Source: Nitrosopumilus sp. | GTDB taxonomy: Archaea; Thermoproteota; Nitrososphaeria; Nitrososphaerales; Nitrosopumilaceae | Assembly: GCA_965197525.1 (NCBI GenBank) | Contig: OZ240211.1 | Span: 1,504,001-1,568,000, forward strand | Reading direction: 5' to 3' | DNA: 64,000 bases | Shown: piece after piece, positions 1 through 8,793 of the stretch | How positions within the stretch are numbered: the stretch's first letter is position 1 | Layout of the letters: each line of letters begins with the position of its first letter | Made by a program: the position numbers and the translations under genes | Notes under the pieces: model-generated | Databases searched by the model: none | Seen by the model: the letters and a program-made list of their open reading frames with translations, nothing else | Told to the model about the DNA's origin: nothing

Positions 1-1
1 A

Positions 2-133
2 ACAAAACATCAAGTCAATATTCATACACATGTACGAAGGGATAACCTTCTCACAAAAGTAGATTATGCTAGGGTTTCTAGTCAGTGGAACAATGGACAA
101 GATCGAATTATGTCTTGCTTTCTATATTGTTAA
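2..133 (+). CDS. 3' end of an unidentified ORF cut by the window edge
   Basis: Open frame from base 2 to TAA at 131-133 (TKHQVNIHTHVRRDNLL...SCFLYC*); no recognisable motif. Confidence 0.3.
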   Translation, partial: TKHQVNIHTHVRRDNLLTKVDYARVSSQWNNGQDRIMSCFLYC

Positions 134-349
134 ATAGCCTATTGGTAATACAGTGATATTGGGATTCGTACGTTATAAACCTAGTAGAATATGCAAAATG
201 AACATGAATATTTGTTGTCATGAATCAATCATTTACAGAGATGTGTTTGAGTTGATATCTAACTGGAATAATAAGATGACTATCTCCTTGGATGATCTTG
301 GTTTTGTTACATACAAAAAACCGCCTGTGTTTTTGGTAGATGCTGATAA

Positions 350-1096
350 ATGAATCGCTGTAATGATCCTACATGTCCGTTAAATAGGCAAGCGGTTCCT
401 CATACAAATCATGAATTGATTGAGAGCAAACCGGTGACAAATCCATGTGACGATCCTAGATGTGGCTTGAACCGGATAGGATTGCGGCACAATGTACATG
501 ACCACATGGATATTGATGGTGAGCCAAAACAAGAACAGTTAGGCGACGAAGACACTGTGCAAGACGGTTACAACGATAATGGTAATGGCGGTGGCGATGA
601 TGACGATCTAGGCTATAATGATAACGGTGGCGATGATGACGATATCGGTTATGCCGATCTGCTCGACAGATTAGGCAGGCATACCCACAGCGGCAACAGG
701 CTGTATGAGGAGCAGGTAATCTCAGAGGAGACAAAGCAAGCAAGGCAGAAGATAGAGCAGGAGGCTCGAGAGGAGATCAAGAAACAAGCAAAAAATAAAA
801 GTAATTCTCAAGACAAAATATCTGCTAAATCGAGCATACCATCACGCTCAAATGATGATCTTGTAGTTCCCTCTATTAATCAAATTTTGCACACTGCTGA
901 CCCTTACAAGATATTTAACGTAACCCAAGACGTGACGTGTGCTCAAATAAAAGCCAGATTCAAAAAACTAAGCAAGAGCTACAATGCTTCACGCGGGAGT
1001 GCAAATAGGACTCGCAAAGAGCAACGACTACTGACTCAGGCACAGAGCAAGATAAACCTCGCATATGATTTTTTGAGCAAGAGGCACTGTAGTTAA
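350..1096 (+). CDS. Atypical J-domain-like protein with N-terminal Cys/His repeats and an acidic Gly/Asp linker
   Basis: C-terminal DPYKIFNVTQDVTCAQIKARFKKLSKSY...KINLAYDFL matches the DnaJ helix pattern but has YNA in place of HPD; two CxDPxCxLNR-x4-HxxH units at the N-terminus. Confidence 0.7.
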   Translation: MNRCNDPTCPLNRQAVPHTNHELIESKPVTNPCDDPRCGLNRIGLRHNVHDHMDIDGEPKQEQLGDEDTVQDGYNDNGNGGGDDDDLGYNDNGGDDDDIGYADLLDRLGRHTHSGNRLYEEQVISEETKQARQKIEQEAREEIKKQAKNKSNSQDKISAKSSIPSRSNDDLVVPSINQILHTADPYKIFNVTQDVTCAQIKARFKKLSKSYNASRGSANRTRKEQRLLTQAQSKINLAYDFLSKRHCS

Positions 1097-1144
1097 ACGG
1101 CAGATTGGTAATTGATTCAGATGTCGTTGTTCTACCTTTTCTCT

Positions 1145-1256
1145 GCAGTTAAGCGAAATGTATCCCACTGATGGATCAGAGAAGTGATTGGGGCTTACAT
1201 ACCAGACATGAATCCAGTTGGGCCTCAAACGCCCGCATCACATTTCGCTTAACTGC
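1145..1256. repeat. Perfect 17 bp inverted repeat enclosing 78 bp (MITE-like)
   Basis: GCAGTTAAGCGAAATGT at 1145-1161 and its exact reverse complement at 1240-1256. Confidence 0.75.
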
Positions 1257-1367
1257 TAATACACAATATGTATAAAAGTACATTATTGGGTGCTCTACCT
1301 AACCGATTATCTTAGACAATGCCAAAATCTTAAAAGATGTGTTTGTCTAATTTGTATAGGGAATCTG

Positions 1368-1916
1368 ATGGATGTTTACGAAGTAATTGAATCAATTTTA
1401 GATGCTAACGGAGGAGAAATTAAAGGAAGAACTACAATTCAAAAATTGGTTTATCTCGCACAGAATACAATCCCGCAATTAGAAATTCCCTCATACAAAC
1501 CACACTACTACGGACCATTCAGTTCTGAACTAGGAATTGCTTTAGAAAAACTAGTTTCATATTCATTTGTGACGGAAACTAAGATTCCTGGAACAATGTA
1601 TGAAGGATACATCTACAGACTTACCACGGATGGTCAGAAAGTAATCGATCGGATCAAAAATGAAACGAAAGAAGAATATGAAAAGATTAAAGAACTGGTA
1701 GATACTTGCAAAGTGTTCTGTGGATTAAAGACCACTCCACTTTCATTTGCATCAAAGATCTTTTACATGTTGTATGCACATAAAGAAAATCATGAGAAAC
1801 TGACAATCAAAGAAGCAATAAACAATGCAAAAGAGTTAGGCTGGAATGTCTCCTCAGATAATGTAGAACAAGGTGCGAAACTTTTGGAAAAACTAAAACT
1901 TGTCAAAATCTCCTAA
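1368..1916 (+). CDS. YwgA / DUF4065 (Panacea, SocA-like) family protein
   Basis: IKGRTTIQKLVYLAQ and YKPHYYGPFSSEL motifs typical of the family; start moved to ATG 1368. Confidence 0.75.
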   Translation: MDVYEVIESILDANGGEIKGRTTIQKLVYLAQNTIPQLEIPSYKPHYYGPFSSELGIALEKLVSYSFVTETKIPGTMYEGYIYRLTTDGQKVIDRIKNETKEEYEKIKELVDTCKVFCGLKTTPLSFASKIFYMLYAHKENHEKLTIKEAINNAKELGWNVSSDNVEQGAKLLEKLKLVKIS

Positions 1917-2100
1917 AAACTGTTTTAGATTCAAATCAATACGCGATCCTCTTTATGGTTTTGTTGATTTATCAGAAACCGAGCTTAGATTAATCGACGG
2001 TTCTGTGAAATTATTGGCATCTACCTACTTTTCGTTGATTGGTCTGTTGGGTTATCGAGAGCTGAACACGGCAAAACAAGTGGATAACTATAATTCATAA
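1900..2100 (+). pseudogene. Truncated HD-superfamily phosphohydrolase (COG1078/YwfO-like), N-terminal ~33 codons only
   Basis: KSIRDPLYGFVDLSETELRLID matches the conserved family N-terminus; the expected FQRLRxIxQLG and HD motifs are missing; overlaps the upstream stop codon. Confidence 0.7.
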
Positions 2101-2154
2101 TGAAAGTATGGTAACTCAAAATAATATGCGGCACTGATATATTTTACCTGAAAC

Positions 2155-2236
2155 GTAATAGATTAGGTCGCCCAGAACGTATCTGACAGTTTTTCGAACC
2201 AGTTTGGCCCCCTCTTATCCCACGTGAACAGGCATG
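2155..2236. repeat. ~80 bp imperfect direct repeat, copy A (copy B at 3826-3906)
   Basis: Shared core TTAGGTCGCC(C)AGAACG..TCTGACAGTTTTTCGAACCAGTTT..; roughly 80% identical by eye. Confidence 0.8.
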
Positions 2237-2426
2237 GTAGAATACAAAGTATGAATACCCCCCTGTCATCCATATTTCATGTTTTTCGGTACCGCATGGA
2301 ACAACGGTTCTCACAAAACGGTGGTGTATGACGACGGGGAATTAAACTAAATCCACGGGATCGTGATAGATACTTTGAAAAGGCAAACGCATTATTGAGG
2401 TTTGAAGGTAAAACAGGTGCATTATT

Positions 2427-3391
2427 TTATGCATATAAAAAAAGTTTATCATACAGTTCTTCTATCGCCTTTGGCGCATTATTCCTTAATGTGCATGTTG
2501 CTTTTTTCTTTACAACAGAATCTGCGTTTCCCACCGCATAGCTAGAATCACTAATCTCGAACATTGGTATATCTAAATCACTGTCCCGACTGTTATAATT
2601 TCATGATCACTACTACCCAAGCTTAATTCTTCTTCACTAGTAACGTATTCTATGGCGACTCCTTTGTTTACATTTTTTTTACTAATGTGATAGGTATTCT
2701 TACTTGTATGGATTTCTACTTGTGATTTTGAATCTCTAATAGCTTTGTTCAATCGTGTTCTAGTTAACGAATTCTTAATTATCACGTATTCTGTCTTTCT
2801 ACTTTGTTGATTGGGGTCTAATTTGTACGAGATGTTTTTGGCTGATAAATGCTTGATTAGCCTATCTGGTTCTATTCTGTCTCCAAACCTTTCATTAGGT
2901 AGAGAAGAGTTTATTATGATTCCGCCATTTTCTGCAATTCCGTATGGGGACGTTTTATACATCCTGATCAGTTTTTTTACATCTTGTGAGGCTCGACCTG
3001 TACAAAAATACACTGAACAATTTTGTTCCAGAAACTTTGCAAACATTCCTTTAACATTTCTATTAAGTGTGGTAATCCCTTTATGCGTTAACGTACTATC
3101 TATGTCAAAAAAGATGTGTTTGATCTTGGCTTTGGTTGTTTGACCCATCCTTCCAGATTTAAATGGATAAAATGAAAATGAACGTATGGTTTGAATATCT
3201 AATAGTTTTTTGTTTACACTTAAGATCTTGTCTTTTTCGTTATCGTAAAGCGGATCTTTAGTTTTTAGCCACAGCATGTCAGGTTGATCTAATTTTTTAA
3301 TTTCGGAGAATATCTTAATGCCTTTTAATTTTGAAATAGTTTTTGCGATCCCGTCAGGTTTACAGAAAATATGTATTATCATTTTTATCAA
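2427..3391 (-). CDS. HAD-IIB (Cof/phosphoglycolate phosphatase-like) hydrolase with N-terminal RAM-like domain; 1 bp frameshift near 2586
   Basis: FFDIDSTL (motif I), FCTGR, IAENGG, NKGVA. Adding one G to GTC-GGG-ACA restores VGDSDLDIPMF...YAVGNA (motif IV) ending at TAA 2427-2429. Confidence 0.85.
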
Positions 3392-3399
3392 AAATAAAA

Positions 3400-3777
3400 T
3401 TAGATGGCTTCTAAATAAACACTCACATCTTTAACTCTGGAGTTTTTGTTAGAGTTTGTTTGAAGTGAACGTAACGCACTTACGAATGAATCTCTTTTAT
3501 GAGGATCTATTTTTGCAATTCCTGACACACAAAAATTAGTGTCACCCATGATTTGTGTGATTGTATCTGCTTCTTTGACTTCGTTGAAATTGGCTACCAA
3601 TGCATCTTTCAGTTTTGCACACATACTTTCATGTTTTGCATTCCCACATTGCAATAAAATATGTGCATTAACCAATTGGCTCTCTCCTTTCATTCGTCGC
3701 ACACTACTTGTACGTTCTTTTTTTACAAAAGTATTACTAATTTGTTCTTTTTTGGTATTTTGTATTCTAGAATTCAC
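3400..3777 (-). CDS. Stand-alone Lrp/AsnC ligand-binding (RAM)-like protein
   Basis: Beta-alpha-beta-beta-alpha-beta pattern (AHILLQC / EVKEADTI / FCVSGIAKI / VKDVSVYL) with no HTH; fold inferred by eye. Confidence 0.5.
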   Translation of the reverse strand: MNSRIQNTKKEQISNTFVKKERTSSVRRMKGESQLVNAHILLQCGNAKHESMCAKLKDALVANFNEVKEADTITQIMGDTNFCVSGIAKIDPHKRDSFVSALRSLQTNSNKNSRVKDVSVYLEAI

Positions 3778-3825
3778 AACATTTGGAAATTTGTAGATGC
3801 ATAAATATCTTAAGAACGGTGGAAG

Positions 3826-3906
3826 GTAGTAGGTTAGGTCGCCAGAACGCTTCTGACAGTTTTTCGAACCAGTTTAGCCTCATCTTGTCCTACGTGAGTA
3901 GGCATG
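3826..3906. repeat. ~80 bp imperfect direct repeat, copy B
   Basis: Aligns to 2155-2236; lies in the 3' part of the 67 aa minus-strand ORF 3834-4037. Confidence 0.8.
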
Positions 3907-4151
3907 TTATCATCATCCAATATACGTGCTTGTTCCTCGATCACCGAATCTTTTTTCTTGTTATCTGCCATCATCTTGACCAATTCGTCCCGCAGTATTT
4001 TGATATCTGGATTTGACCATGAAATGGCTTTATGCAATAGAATTTAGCTTAATATGGTCGAAGAAAGTTAATTTTGTGCTTAACCTAACCTGCTACAACC
4101 CTCTAACACAAAGGCTTATAATCGATATTTGGCTTTCTTAACAAGGTTTCA

Positions 4152-5585
4152 TTGGAATTTAAAGAAGGATTAACTTTTGACGACGTATTACTAGTACCGA
4201 AATACTCTGATATTACAAGTAGAAGCCAAACTAACATTGCAACAAAACTATCTCGAAATATATCGATTAACATCCCTTTTGTGAGTGCAAACATGGATAC
4301 TGTGACCGAGTCTGTAATGGCAGGAGCTATGGCTCGTGCAGGGGGTATAGGAATTATTCATAGGTTTTTGACAATTCAGGAGCAGACAAACGAAATTCTA
4401 AAGGTAAAACGTTCTGGTAGCATAATGATTGAAAACCCTTATTCTATATCACCTAACAAAAATGTAGAAGACGCTCTTGCTTATGCGTTAGATAAGGACG
4501 TTTCAGGTCTTTTAGTTGTTGACTCTGACTCTAAAAAACTAATAGGCATTATAACTAACCGAGATCTGTTATTTGCTGATCTGAACAGTACAGTTGCAGA
4601 TGTCATGACTCGAGACGTTGTTACTGCAAAATCAGGCGTTACCTTGGATGAGGCAAAGGATCTCTTACACAAGCATCGCATTGAAAAGTTGCCTATTGTT
4701 AATGATTCAGGAATTGTTACAGGATTAATCACAAGCAAGGATATCACTAACAATGATGATTTCCCAAATGCATCCAAAGATAAGAAGGGTAGGCCACTAG
4801 TTGGTGCTGCTGTTGGTGTTAAAGGTGACTTTTTAGAGAGAAGTGAATCTCTTTTGAATGCAGGCACTGATGTTCTGGTTGTAGATATTGCTCACGGGCA
4901 TAGTGAAAATGCATTGAGCACAATACGTAATATCAAAAAAGCATTTCCTGATTGTGAACTGATTGCAGGAAATATCGCAACAGCTCAAGGCGCAAAGGAT
5001 TTGATCACAGCAGGTGTTGATGCAATCAAGATAGGTGTAGGTTCAGGTTCTATCTGTATTACTAGAGTGATTACCGGCTCTGGTGTACCACAATTAACTG
5101 CTGTGATGGATTGTGCACATATTGCAAATGACCATGGAATTCCTGTAATTTCTGATGGCGGAACCCGTACATCAGGAGACGCAACCAAAGCACTGGCATC
5201 TGGCGCCTCCTCAGTAATGATAGGCAGTATGCTTGGAGGAACTGATGAATCTCCAGGTACAGTACTGACTAAAAACGGAAAACGATTCAAAGTGTATCGT
5301 GGTATGGCATCATTGGCAGCATCAATAGGCAGGAAATCTAAAGAAACGGGCTCTATATCACTTGACGATGATCTTAATGATTATGTTGCAGAAGGTGTCG
5401 AGGCAATGGTTCCTTACAAGGGAACCGTAACTGATATACTCAAACAACTTACAGGCGGATTACGCTCAGGTCTAAGCTATTGCGGTGCTCACACGATACC
5501 TCAAATGCAAACAAATGCAGAGTTTATCAAAATGTCTAGAGCCGGCTTTGCAGAAAGTCAACCTCATGATGTATCTCTAATGTAG
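4152..5585 (+). CDS. guaB: Inosine-5'-monophosphate dehydrogenase
   Basis: LTFDDVLLVP, SANMDTVT, CBS pair, catalytic loop GSGSICITR, YRGMAS. Confidence 0.97.
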   Translation: MEFKEGLTFDDVLLVPKYSDITSRSQTNIATKLSRNISINIPFVSANMDTVTESVMAGAMARAGGIGIIHRFLTIQEQTNEILKVKRSGSIMIENPYSISPNKNVEDALAYALDKDVSGLLVVDSDSKKLIGIITNRDLLFADLNSTVADVMTRDVVTAKSGVTLDEAKDLLHKHRIEKLPIVNDSGIVTGLITSKDITNNDDFPNASKDKKGRPLVGAAVGVKGDFLERSESLLNAGTDVLVVDIAHGHSENALSTIRNIKKAFPDCELIAGNIATAQGAKDLITAGVDAIKIGVGSGSICITRVITGSGVPQLTAVMDCAHIANDHGIPVISDGGTRTSGDATKALASGASSVMIGSMLGGTDESPGTVLTKNGKRFKVYRGMASLAASIGRKSKETGSISLDDDLNDYVAEGVEAMVPYKGTVTDILKQLTGGLRSGLSYCGAHTIPQMQTNAEFIKMSRAGFAESQPHDVSLM

Positions 5586-5623
5586 ATAATTTTTTAAGCA
5601 GTATCTGATGATATTATTCTGGC

Positions 5624-6097
5624 ATGCTTTCTAAAAGAACTGTAATTGGATTAATAGTCGGTATTCTAATAATTGGAATCGGTGCAGCCTCTTTAATACA
5701 ACATATTGGCCTAATTACCATTAATGAGACTAATACACTAGACCGGGGAGGCTCTGAGTTTTATGTTATTCCTGCACCGGATCAAACTCCACAACATATG
5801 GTAATATCAGGTGACGCATTTGATATCAAACTCACAAGTCCCAATGACGGTTTTCAAATAGAAAATAGAACCTCCTACAACAACGGCAAACAGTCTTTTG
5901 ATTGGGTGCATGACGGGGATGGTGAATCAACAATTCAAATACAGAATACTGGCAGTTCCGAGTTGACAATAACTGGAGTATTCATTAGAAGTTCTGATCC
6001 TATCTGGTTTACCTATGATTTGATGGTGATAATATCTGGAATAGTAATCATTGGGTTTAGCATGGGATTTACTCTCAGAAAACCTAAAGGATTTTAG
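5624..6097 (+). CDS. Hypothetical membrane protein with N- and C-terminal TM helices
   Basis: Hydrophobic stretches at both ends of a 157 aa ORF. Confidence 0.75.
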   Translation: MLSKRTVIGLIVGILIIGIGAASLIQHIGLITINETNTLDRGGSEFYVIPAPDQTPQHMVISGDAFDIKLTSPNDGFQIENRTSYNNGKQSFDWVHDGDGESTIQIQNTGSSELTITGVFIRSSDPIWFTYDLMVIISGIVIIGFSMGFTLRKPKGF

Positions 6098-6108
6098 CCG
6101 GTTTTCTT

Positions 6109-6924
6109 TTATCTTGATTTTGCACTTGGATAAGAGCCCAACACTTTCATAAACAATGCATCGCGTTTTATTTCTTTTAACATACCTGCAATTTTGGGAT
6201 CATCTTTGTGTCCTTCAAAATCTACGTAAAAGTTATACTCCCATGTATTGCTTTTAGTTGGTCTTGACTCAATTTTAGTCAGATTGACATTATTTACATG
6301 AAAATTCTTTATAACTCTGTATAATGCCCCTGGCTCATGTTTTATTGAAAATATTACCGATGTTTTGTCATTTTCTGTTTGGGCACTCTGCGTCTTTGCC
6401 ATTATTAGGAATCTTGTATGGTTGTTCTTGTCATTTGCAATATCCTCTACAATAATTGGCATCTGGTTTATCTCAGCTGCTCTTTTACTTGCGATACTAG
6501 CACAATTTGTTTTATTTAGATCTTTGACCATCTTTACACTTCCTGCCGTATCGTATACAGGTATTGGTTTCATACCATATTTTTCAATAAATTGTTTACA
6601 TTGACCCAAAGCTTGTGGATGTGAGTATACCGTATCTATTTCAGATATCTTGCCCTCTCCAATTAAACAATGCTCGACTTTATAATATATTTCACCTATT
6701 GCGTAAAGAGAGGTTGAATACAGCAAGTCGTAACTCTCTCCTACACTTCCTTCCAACGAATTCTCTACTGGAAGAATTGCGTATTGCACCTTGTCAGTTG
6801 ACGCATATTCTAGTATTTCTGCAAATGTCGCAAGTGGAACGGTTTCAATCTTTTCGTTAAAAAACGATTCTGCCGCTGCTTCACTGTATGCTCCCCGTTC
6901 GCCTGGGAACGAAACTAGAGTCAT
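6109..6924 (-). CDS. pheA: Prephenate dehydratase
   Basis: PGERGAYSE, PVENSLEGSV, SHPQALGQC, NHTRF, ACT domain with LTKIESRP. Confidence 0.95.
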   Translation of the reverse strand: MTLVSFPGERGAYSEAAAESFFNEKIETVPLATFAEILEYASTDKVQYAILPVENSLEGSVGESYDLLYSTSLYAIGEIYYKVEHCLIGEGKISEIDTVYSHPQALGQCKQFIEKYGMKPIPVYDTAGSVKMVKDLNKTNCASIASKRAAEINQMPIIVEDIANDKNNHTRFLIMAKTQSAQTENDKTSVIFSIKHEPGALYRVIKNFHVNNVNLTKIESRPTKSNTWEYNFYVDFEGHKDDPKIAGMLKEIKRDALFMKVLGSYPSAKSR

Positions 6925-6926
6925 CT

Positions 6927-7478
6927 TTACTCACTCAAATTCACAAAATCAGTATTTCCAAAGTTTGCAGAGAGTTTTCTTTCGTCAATCCACGCACACT
7001 CTGTACATTTTATAGCATCACGCATGGGAATAACTTTGCCTCCACACTTTCGACATTTTGTAAATAAAATTCCTAAGTTTGGCTCACTTATCGTTGCATG
7101 AATTGTTCCGTTAAGATGATTGACAATTTTTAGTGTGACTATGTCATTGACTAGTGCCACGTTTCGAATTCTTAAATTCCGTGTTGCACATACGCATTCT
7201 ACTTTGGATGTCGTTGCCTTTCCATTGATGTAGTCAATTGATACTGCGATCATCGATGACAGTACTGCTGCAACCGTTCCAATTATAACATCCCCGACTT
7301 TTGGAATTGATAACAGTTTTGGATGTCTTATATTGGCAGTTCGTAATATTTTATCAATATCTGGTATTCCCACTGTTGCCGCTCTGACCATATTTCCGTC
7401 ATCAAATGTGTTATGTCCTGCCTCATATTCTTCAATAGATGCTATCTTTTCTCCCGGGAATGTTATGCTATCTGGCAT
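6927..7478 (-). CDS. csl4: Exosome complex RNA-binding protein Csl4
   Basis: FPGEKIASIEEYEAG N-terminus, S1 domain PKVGDVIIG, C-terminal Zn ribbon CRKCGG...CTEC..ERK; start moved to ATG 7478. Confidence 0.9.
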   Translation of the reverse strand: MPDSITFPGEKIASIEEYEAGHNTFDDGNMVRAATVGIPDIDKILRTANIRHPKLLSIPKVGDVIIGTVAAVLSSMIAVSIDYINGKATTSKVECVCATRNLRIRNVALVNDIVTLKIVNHLNGTIHATISEPNLGILFTKCRKCGGKVIPMRDAIKCTECAWIDERKLSANFGNTDFVNLSE

Positions 7479-7569
7479 GTTGTAAACTCGGTTTCTGTGA
7501 TTATAATTGTTTGTGGTCTTTCTTCTAAATTCTGGTAAATCATATATCACTAGACATCAGAAAAAAATT

Positions 7570-8655
7570 ATGAAGGCTCTGGTGTATGATGATTACGCAG
7601 TTGACGATGACTATGCTAAAATCTTAAAGATACGGGACATTCCTATTCCTGAACCAAAGCCAAATGAAGTTGTTTTTAGAGTAGAGGTTGCAGCACTCAA
7701 CTATGACGATATATGGGGCATGCGAGGTAAGCCTTTAGCTGTTCCGCTACCGCATATCTCTGGTACTGATGCAGCAGGACAAGTCACTGCAGTTGGCAGT
7801 AACGTCAATAATATCAAAATTGGTGACAGGGTTGTCTCCCATGGAAATATGTCTTGTCGAGTTTGTAAATACTGCACTAGCGGGCAAGAGTACAACTGCA
7901 GGAAACGTCGTATCTGGGGTTTTGAGACAGGTCCGCTTTGGGGCGGCTATTGTGAATTTACCCATCTTCCGGAAGTTAATGTTGTAAAAATTCCTTCAGG
8001 GGTTTCATATGATCAAGCAGCTGCTGCATCAATGACTTTGCTGACCTCTTGGCATATGCTAGTTGGTAGGGCAAAAATTCAACCCGGAGACATTGTTTTG
8101 GTTATGGGCGGCAGTTCAGGTGTTGGTACATATGGAATTCAGATTGCAAAACTCTTTGGATGCACCGTCATTGCCACTGCTAGTCCTGACAAGTTGCAAA
8201 GATTGTTGGACTTGGGAGCTGATTTTGCAGTGGATCATCGACAGGATGATTGGCACAACACAGTCAAATCAATTGCAAAGAAAATAGCAAAACCGCTTGG
8301 AGATGTACCTGGCGTTGATGTGATTTTTGAACATATTGGCGGTACTCACTGGAACAAGGAACTAACCTTGCTGAACTATGGAGGAACAATTGTAACTACT
8401 GGTGCTACTACTGGGTATAATGCGCCAACTGATCTACGCCATATCTTCTTTAAAGGGATTAACATTTTGGGTTCTACTCAAGGGACGCGGGCTGAACTAG
8501 AACAGGGTCTCTATTGGATGTCCCAAGGTAAAATAAAATCAGTAATTGATTCTGTTTATTCATTGGAGGAGGCAGTTGCAGCTCACACAAAAATGCTCAA
8601 TGGCAAAGGATTGTTTGGTAAAATTTTGATAAAACTACATTCCACATACAGTTAG
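7570..8655 (+). CDS. Zinc-binding alcohol dehydrogenase / quinone oxidoreductase (MDR family)
   Basis: ALNYDD, SGTDAAG, structural Zn motif CRVCKYCTSGQEYNC, GGSSGVG; start at ATG 7570. Confidence 0.93.
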   Translation: MKALVYDDYAVDDDYAKILKIRDIPIPEPKPNEVVFRVEVAALNYDDIWGMRGKPLAVPLPHISGTDAAGQVTAVGSNVNNIKIGDRVVSHGNMSCRVCKYCTSGQEYNCRKRRIWGFETGPLWGGYCEFTHLPEVNVVKIPSGVSYDQAAAASMTLLTSWHMLVGRAKIQPGDIVLVMGGSSGVGTYGIQIAKLFGCTVIATASPDKLQRLLDLGADFAVDHRQDDWHNTVKSIAKKIAKPLGDVPGVDVIFEHIGGTHWNKELTLLNYGGTIVTTGATTGYNAPTDLRHIFFKGINILGSTQGTRAELEQGLYWMSQGKIKSVIDSVYSLEEAVAAHTKMLNGKGLFGKILIKLHSTYS

Positions 8656-8793
8656 CTCAGAAGTAACTGGAATATCGGATGATTGTATGCAAGTATTATG
8701 AAGATTGTCACGAGCGGCACAAGTCACTAAAATATTTAGCAATTATTTTAAAATAGAGATTATGGGTAATCTAGATTATGCATAATCTATTAT

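Noticed and set aside
153-353. 66 aa ORF upstream of the J-like gene
   Set aside because: Non-ATG start, no motif and no supporting features; it cannot be confirmed or excluded.
1145-1256. Integron attC interpretation of the inverted repeat
   Set aside because: The core sites are in the wrong order (GTTRRRY first), there are no extrahelical bases, and no integrase or second site is visible.
4481-5290. Antisense ORFs over guaB (and similar shadows over hisD, hisF, the S8 protease, the transposase and others)
   Set aside because: They lie opposite well-supported genes and have no motifs; shadow frames.
8716-8752. Possible further degenerate CRISPR repeat beyond the trailer
   Set aside because: Only an AT-rich half (TATTTAGCAATT) resembles the repeat; not distinguishable from chance.
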